Notes under the pieces: generated by a model
Told to the model about the DNA's origin: nothing
The model's input: only the letters and a program-made list of their open reading frames with translations
Databases searched by the model: none
Position numbers and translations under genes: made by a program
Part shown: in pieces, positions 55,979 to 64,000 of the stretch
How the letters are laid out: each line of letters starts with the position of its first letter
Position numbering within the stretch: the first letter of the stretch is position 1
DNA from: Eledone cirrhosa
Taxonomy: Eukaryota
Direction: 5' to 3'
Assembly: GCA_964016885.1 (NCBI GenBank)
Contig: OZ024741.1
Location: 314,650,001-314,714,000, forward strand
DNA length: 64,000 bases

Positions 55979-56671
55979 TATTAAGAGGTGTGAAAATATA
56001 ATATTAAAATAAAATAAAATAAAGTAAAATAAAATTAAATGATTTATAAGCGTAGAAGACAAAATAATGTCATAATTTGTTTACATAGAATGAAATTGAA
56101 AAATGTGAGAAAAATGTGTCAAGAGATCTTTATGTGAAAAAATATATATATATGTGTAGAAGAAAATAAATGAGAGTAGTCAAACCATGTCAAAAATTAA
56201 AAGTTTACTATTAAAAATAATAGGTTATATATAAAAAGACTATAGATTATATAGAAAAGAAATTATATATGTGGGAAAACTATTTAAATATTTAAATATT
56301 AATTTAATCCACAAGTAAATAGAGGAAAATGTTATAATTATTTAAGCGTAGAAAAAAGCGTAGAAAAAGCGTAGAAAAAGCGAAAAAAAAACGAAGACAT
56401 ATGACGTCATAATTTGTTTACAAAATCTACGAAGAAATATGATGTGATAAAAGAGGAAAGGTGAGCGGCTTAAAAATAGTGAGAAGAAAGAAAATAAAGA
56501 AACATTATATATGAACTATTTAAATAATATTTTGTATCACCACGCAGATAAAGGAATTTGCTAGAGTGATTTAAAGCGTAGAAGAACATATAACTTCATA
56601 GTATGTTTATAACTTTGTAGAGTGTACTGAAATATGCGAGAAGAAATGTAAAAAGAGATTTATGTAAAGAA

Positions 56672-56705
<34 letters not shown>

Positions 56706-59700
56706 AAAAATGTTTTAACCTTTATTCGTGGAATAAGATATAGGGTATTAGCTGTATACTTTGTGAAAGACCTAAGAGATTTATGGATGCAGAGAGTAAA
56801 TAAATCGGTGCTTCTATTTATTATAGAGTTGAACTTCGAGATAATGGTAAACTTTTTAGCTAGACATAAATTACAAGCCCTAGATATGGAAGCATTAGAA
56901 TATGGAGAAGCATTGCATATTTTACGCCAAGAAATTTTGTAATTAATATTTTTGTCTTTTAAGGACCAGATGAGTTCTGAGAGTGCAGTGTTTGGTCTGT
57001 TAAGTGGATATTTAAATGAGGAAGAATGGTTATATAGTCTTGCCTTAAAGGAAGTAGAAGTAGAGCCAACGTAGGTATAAGAATTGGTACTAGTTAGCAC
57101 CTTACATTCGTATACTAGATTTTTATCGAGACAGAAATTATTAAGAGGACATTTAGTTCTATTAGGGCAGTTGCATTTACGATTAATGTTATTAACAGAG
57201 TTATTTGCAAGTGACCCAGAATTAATTATAATAGGAATTGTAGTGGTGGAATTAGCTAAAGGATGTGCTAATTTTTCCTGATTTACATTACTATTTGAAG
57301 CATTCATCAAAGTTACGTTTGACGTCGTATTTATATTTAAGTTATCTTGTCTAGAGTTTACATTGACGTCGGGCCTTACAGTGTTATTATTATGACACTC
57401 AAGGTTGGATGCATATGAGTTATTATTTAGTATTTTAGTATTAATGTTAGATAATGTTAGAGATGTTGGAAGTGGTGGAATATGAGAATTTAATGGTATG
57501 CTTATTAAAAATCTTGCTATAAATATGTGAAGGAGGGACGCAATTATCTAACGCCCTAAAAAATAATTTAGGGATATTACTAATAAGTGAAAGAGAGAAT
57601 GGAGCGTTGTACCAAATGATATTGTTATACCTAGATCTCCTCTTTATGTTATTGGTATGCTTATAACTAGCTATATTACGATAAGTTGTGCCAAGATTGG
57701 TTTCTTTAGTGTTTTAATTTTGTCTGGATATCCAGCCCTAGATAGCGCATTATTGTAATAATTGGCGTTGGCATCAAAGATAAGTTTATTAGAAGATAGA
57801 TTAGAGATTCTTTTTTCAACATTTCTGACTATAGCAGTTTTAACATTAATAGGGTGGTTTGATTTAGAATTTACATAATTTAGGTTCTCATTATCCTTAT
57901 GGTATGGGTAATATAGGCCGGTATCTAGATTAAGGGATATATCTAGGAAGTTAACTAATTTAGCGTTGTTCTCAAATTCAATTTTTAGGTTAAGGTGCTT
58001 AAATAGTTCAAGTCTTGATAATATTAAGTTTTACTATGTTACAGTTTAAGACAGTAAAAAGGGCATCATCACGATATATTCCACCGCGAAGTTGAGGAAT
58101 TTTCCGATTTAAAGAGTTCAAGATGAAGATTCCAACCAAGTATGTTAATTGCGCTGAATCCGACGAACCCATGGTGATGTCAAAATTGTTGGAAGTATCA
58201 GCTCTTGTCCAATATTCATTGGTAAATTCCAGGAGAGTTTTTCTTGCGGTGAGAATGATGTTCAATTCATCTGTAGTGATGTCCGAGTATTTAAACGCAT
58301 AAGAGAAAGCCTTGTTGAGGAGTGAAGGCGAAATAGAAGAATAGTAACTGGCTATGTCAAACTGAATAAATTTTAGTTTGTTTTATTATTCAGGTCATTG
58401 AACCAGTCTATCACATTAGAAGTACCCAACCATAAATTTTGTTGAGAATTAGAGCAAACCTGTGGGATAATTCTATCCAAGATGGATTTACTAACTACCC
58501 CCAAATCGGATTTAGAGGGGACAATTAGTATTACAGGCAATTCAGTTCGAAAATTTGATTTGTGATCTTTCAGATTAATCCTTGGAATTCTTGGGAAGAA
58601 TGGTTCTGTTTTTTTCTCAATACCAAGTTTAGAAATAATCTCAAATGCTTCTAAATTAATAGACTCAAGATTATCGTGGGTGGTTTTGCGATAATTTTTC
58701 CTTAGTTCTTTAAGGATAAGGTTATTATATTTATCTTTCGTTATGCCGTATAACTTGTTTGTTTTGTCAGAATGAACTAAAACGTTTTTAGAAGATTTAA
58801 GGTCGATAATGTTATTCTTAAGGTTGATAAGGTGTTCCTGGCCTCGATAAGGGTTTCTTTTGAATTTAAGTCCTCGTATAATTTTAGTTAATTCATCTTC
58901 AAAATGTGCTAGGTTTTTATTGAAAGGAGGATTTCTTCTAGAGTTAAATAATGAATCAATATTATTAAGTTCCTTTATATAAAAATTTCCTTTTAATCGC
59001 TGGTCATGAAAAATGCAATCCATCTAAGCCTTCGCAAGAAAGAGTCTGTTTTTTCAATCAAAAGTTTGGTGTATTCAGTTTTTCCCGGAATATGTATGTC
59101 TTTAAGTGAAGTTGTGATGTTGTGGTAATCCATGTTGTAAAAGAAGTAGAGACCATTAATGGTATCCGATATAAGAGTTAGCGCTCAAATAATCAACAAA
59201 CAGGTTAATGTAGGAGGTGAGTTTTATTGAAGAACAATAAAACTATGCATATATGGGATAAGTAACACTCAACAGTTTATTGAATTGGAGTATATATAAT
59301 GCTTCCATATCTAGGGCTTGTAATTTATGTCTAGCTGAAAAATTTACCATTATCTCGAATTTCAACTCCTTAATAAATAGACGCACCGATTTATTTGCTC
59401 TCTGCATCCATAAATCTCTTAGGTCTTTCACGAAGTAAACGACCTATATCTTATTCCACGAATAAAGGTTAAAAAAATGTTTACACATAGATATATATAT
59501 TTTTTTTACACAAATCTCTTTTTACATTTTTCCTCGCATATTTCAGTACACTCTACAAAGTTTTAAACATACTATGAAGTTATATGTTCTTCTACGCTTT
59601 AAATCACTCTAGCAAATTCCTTTATCTACTTGGTGATACAAAATATTATTTAAATAGTTCATATTTAATGTTTCTTTATTTTCTTTCTTCTCACTATTTT

Positions 59701-60644
59701 TAAACCGCTCCACTTTTCCTCCTTTATCACATCATATTTCTTCGTAGATTTTGTAAACAAATTATGATGTCATATGTCTTCTTCGTTTTTTTCTTCGCTT
59801 TTTCTACGCTTTTTTCTACGCTTAAATAATTATAACACTTTCCTCTATAATTTTTTTTATATATAACCTATTATTTTTAATAGTAAACTTTTAATTTTTG
59901 ACATGGTTTGACTACTCTCATTTATTTTCTTCTACACATATATATATATATATTTCACATAAATATCTCCTGACATATTTTTCTCATATTTTTCAATTAC
60001 ATTCTATTTAAACAAACTATGACATCATTTAATTTTATTTTACTTTATTTTATTTTATTTTAATAATATATTTTCACACCTCTTAATACATTTTTTTTAG
60101 TTTATAAACCCTAAATAAATAATATACCTAGTTTCTATATCTGTAATCATAAACCTCATCAATTCATTAATTTATTTATTTATTTAGTAGCCGTATATAT
60201 TTTTTCCACCCGTTATTTACAGCTGTTTTTCAGTTTTGACAGCGTTTCCCATTTAAAAGTCTCTATCCCTCTCCTTTCTCTTTATCTCACCTCCTTCCTT
60301 CTTAAACTTTTCCTCCGTTATTTTCTCCTTCTTTTTCCTTTTCCCACTTCCTTCCTTTTTCCAATCTTCTATCTCCTTTTATATTTTTATCATATGTTGA
60401 CTAGACACTTTCTTGTTCACAAGTGTTTTTTTAGGCATCATATCATGTTAGTTTATTTTATCTGATGAGAACGCAACTATCGTCCCAGGATGATATTTGT
60501 TTTTGAAATGCGCATAATAAAATATATGGAACTTTTTTAACCATATTTTAATTTCTTCTTATATATACTCCAGTTCAATAAACTTTTGAGTGCTACTTAT
60601 CCGATATATGCATAGTTTTATTGTTCTACAATAAAACTCACCTC

Positions 60645-60648
<4 letters not shown>
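55979..60648 (-). mobile_element. Naiad-type PLE (frameshifted sister of 46921-51146) with inverted pLTR
   Basis: ATG at 59133; ORF pieces 58373..59023, 58008..58265, 56660..57310; inverted repeat 55979-56896 / 59298-60089. Confidence 0.93.
60455..60523 (+). ncRNA. Type I hammerhead ribozyme, homolog of 51041-51107
   Basis: AUUUUAU CUGAUGA ..UAUCGUC-ccag-GAUGAUA.. GAAA UGCGCA UA/AUAAAAU. Confidence 0.88.
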
Positions 60649-60733
<85 letters not shown>

Positions 60734-60923
60734 GAAAAATCTACCAAGAGTTTACGGTAGTGTCCAATCCGTATGAAGAACTCAATGTATTCCGGATATC
60801 ATGGAAAGAAGAGATGTAATGAAAATCCACTTTCGGTGAAAGATAAACGGTATACAGAGTCAAGATAAAATATTAAACAAATAATGAACAAACAATTCCT
60901 TATATTAAACAAAAAAAGTTCAC

Positions 60924-61068
60924 TATTTAACGATCGTTTCTAGGGTATATATGTGTTATAATTGGTATGCATATTCAACAGATCTATGTACAAAATTATA
61001 CAAAATTATACAAATTATCAAGATTAAATATACATACCTAACTCATATATACGCCGTCTTCAGAAATA
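60924..61068 (-). ncRNA. Type I hammerhead motif with ~115-nt stem II
   Basis: UAUUU CUGAAGA [GUAUAUAUG/CAUAUAUAC, GGUAUGUAUAUUUAA/UUGAAUAUGCAUACC hairpin] GAAA CGAUCG UU/AAAUA. Confidence 0.68.
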
Positions 61069-61478
61069 ATGAAGTATATTTATTGATAATAACAACAATT
61101 CAAAATATCAGTTCAAAATTGACCAATGAAAACACAAAGGGTTAAAAGCAGTTTGGTGTGTGTATATACATGTAAAAACCTTATACATATTTTACAATAA
61201 TGTGTGTATAATTTGTATGTGCATACTAAAAAGATGGATGCAAACACAAAATTTCAAGGTTAATATCTCTGTAAGCTTAATGCGCTGATAAGATGCGCAA
61301 TGATACTTATGGAGTCAAGTATATAAATATATTTTTTTCATACTCACACATATCAGTATAATCACACATACATGCGCGTATATGCATAAATATACACATA
61401 ACCACGAACATACAAACACACACACTCCCCCACTCACATTTATATATGTGGATATAAAATCATAAGCAAATAGAAATT

Positions 61479-61894
61479 AAGTCACTCACATAAAACACTG
61501 GCACACACATTTCAAGATCAAGATACAGAAATTAGGTGGGAGGGGGGGAGGGGTCAGTATTAAATTGTCAGACCAGACTGCCTAATATAAATGTATCTAT
61601 AAATTAAGAAAAATAAAAAAATAAAAACAATAAAATATAATAAATATAATATAATGTACATACACATACAGATATACATACACATACATACATGTACGCG
61701 CACATAGAGATATTTACGCATACACACATACACACATACCTATACAGTCATACACACACATACATTTACACGAACATACACATACACATATAAAAAGAGA
61801 TATATATACACACACACACACGCGCAACACATACACACATACACATATATATAAAAAATAGATAATAAAGATATATATCCATATATATATATAT

Positions 61895-61947
<53 letters not shown>

Positions 61948-62425
61948 TATACACATACATACATAAAAATACATATATGAGCATGTAAATATGAATGTAA
62001 GATTGAGTGTGTATATATGATTGTACATACATATGTATGTATATATATGTATATATATGTATTATATATGTATGTGTATGTGAATGTGTGGTATGTATAT
62101 GTGTATGTATATGTATAAATGTGTATGTATGTGTATGCTTGTATATAGGAATATATATATGTGTATATATGTATGTATATGTATATGCGTGTTTGTATGT
62201 ATGTGTATATGTGTTGTGTATATATTTGTATGTCTCTCTATTTATATGTTTATCTTCGTATCTATGTGATATATGTGTGTGTGTGTGCACGTATGCATAT
62301 GTATGTGTTTGTGTGTGTTTGTATGTGTGTGTGTATATATGTGTATGTGCGCACACTCACATACACATATATATATATATATATGTGAGTGTGTATGTGT
62401 GTCTGTGTGTGTGTGTGTGTGTGTA

Positions 62426-62473
<48 letters not shown>

Positions 62474-62474
62474 G

Positions 62475-62505
<31 letters not shown>

Positions 62506-62595
62506 GGTGTCTATGTGTGAATATATGTCTTTATTCGTATGTGTGTATTTATGTATGTATATATTTATGTGTATGTATGTATGTGTATATATGTA

Positions 62596-62662
<67 letters not shown>

Positions 62663-62983
62663 CTTTATTATTATTGTAATATAACTTATGTGTATATGTG
62701 TATAAGTGAGGTTGTGTATGTATATATACTATGTGTATATATAAGAGTAATGAAATATATATATATATATATATATGTGCATGTCTGTTTTTTATTATGT
62801 GTGTGTATATATATATATGTATGTGTATATATATATATATATATATGTGTACGGGTGTGTATGTGGATATATATATATATATATATACATGTGGGTGTTT
62901 GTATGTGTATTTATGGTGGTATGAGTGTGTGGATATATATGTTTATATATATATATATGTATATGTATATATATATATGAGTC

Positions 62984-63045
<62 letters not shown>

Positions 63046-63385
63046 GTATGTGTATGTATGTGTATGTGTATGTATATATATGTGTGTGTTTGTATGTGTG
63101 TATATATATATATCTCTATTAATGCGTGTGTGTATGTATATACATATGCGTTTTTTTATTATTATTTTCATTTGTATGTCTGGGTTTGGTGAGGTGGTAT
63201 TGTTTTTTAAGTGTATACACATATATGGAAGCGTATGTATTTATTTATATGAGTATAAGTAGGTGCATATGTATGTATGATTATATATCTAATTCTATGT
63301 ATGAAGGTACATCTATATATATATATATATATGTATATGCGTGTGTATGTAAGTTGTGTGTGTATGTATCTTTATGTCTATGTGA

Positions 63386-63439
<54 letters not shown>

Positions 63440-63528
63440 CGATGTGCGTATATGTATGTACATCTATATACATGTATGTGTGTATGTATGTGTATGTATA
63501 TTTAGATGTATGGGTATGTATGTGTATA

Positions 63529-63585
<57 letters not shown>

Positions 63586-64000
63586 ATATATATATATATG
63601 GATATATATCTTTATTATCTATTTTTTATATATATGTGTATGTGTGTATGTGTTGCGCGTGTGTGTGTGTGTATATATATCTTTTTATATGTGTATGTGT
63701 ATGTTCGTGTAAATGTATGTGTGTGTATGACTGTATAGGTATGTGTGTATGTGTGTATGCGTAAATATCTCTATGTGCGCGTACATGTATGTATGTGTAT
63801 GTATATCTGTATGTGTATGTACATTATATTATATTTATTATATTTTATTGTTTTTATTTTTTTATTTTTCTTAATTTATAGATACATTTATATTAGGCAG
63901 TCTGGTCTGACAATTTAATACTGACCCCTCCCCCCCCTCCCACCTAATTTCTGTATCTTGATCTTGAAATGTGTGTGCCAGTGTTTTATGTGAGTGACTT
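61479..64000. repeat. Long inverted repeat enclosing TA/TG low-complexity DNA
   Basis: 61479-~61965 is the near-perfect reverse complement of ~63505-64000; may run off the window end. Confidence 0.9.

Overview
AT-rich animal genomic DNA packed with (TA)n/(TG)n microsatellites. It is probably a coleoid cephalopod (octopod); this is inferred from repeat content only. The only host gene visible is five phase-1/phase-1 EGF-repeat exons on + (14594-22607), in the style of a MEGF10/Draper/SREC ectodomain. The rest is mostly retroelements: (1) a nearly intact R4/Dong LINE with one nonsense codon, and a second decayed R4 family; (2) Tx1 and RTE LINE fragments; (3) tRNA-derived SINEs and Helitron pieces; (4) about nine Penelope-like element (PLE) copies or fragments, mostly Naiad-type, several with inverted pseudo-LTRs. 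The most notable signal is non-coding. More than a dozen type I hammerhead-ribozyme (HHR) motifs from several unrelated families can be folded by eye. One family is a ~416-442 nt non-coding unit found at three loci, tandem and circularly permuted, which matches the non-LTR retrozyme architecture. One copy is fused to a PLE endonuclease fragment and ends 1-2 nt from its predicted self-cleavage site. Many short fold-back insertions in (TA)n tracts also derive from HHR-bearing ends. All structures were read by eye; no folding software or database search was run, and element boundaries are approximate.
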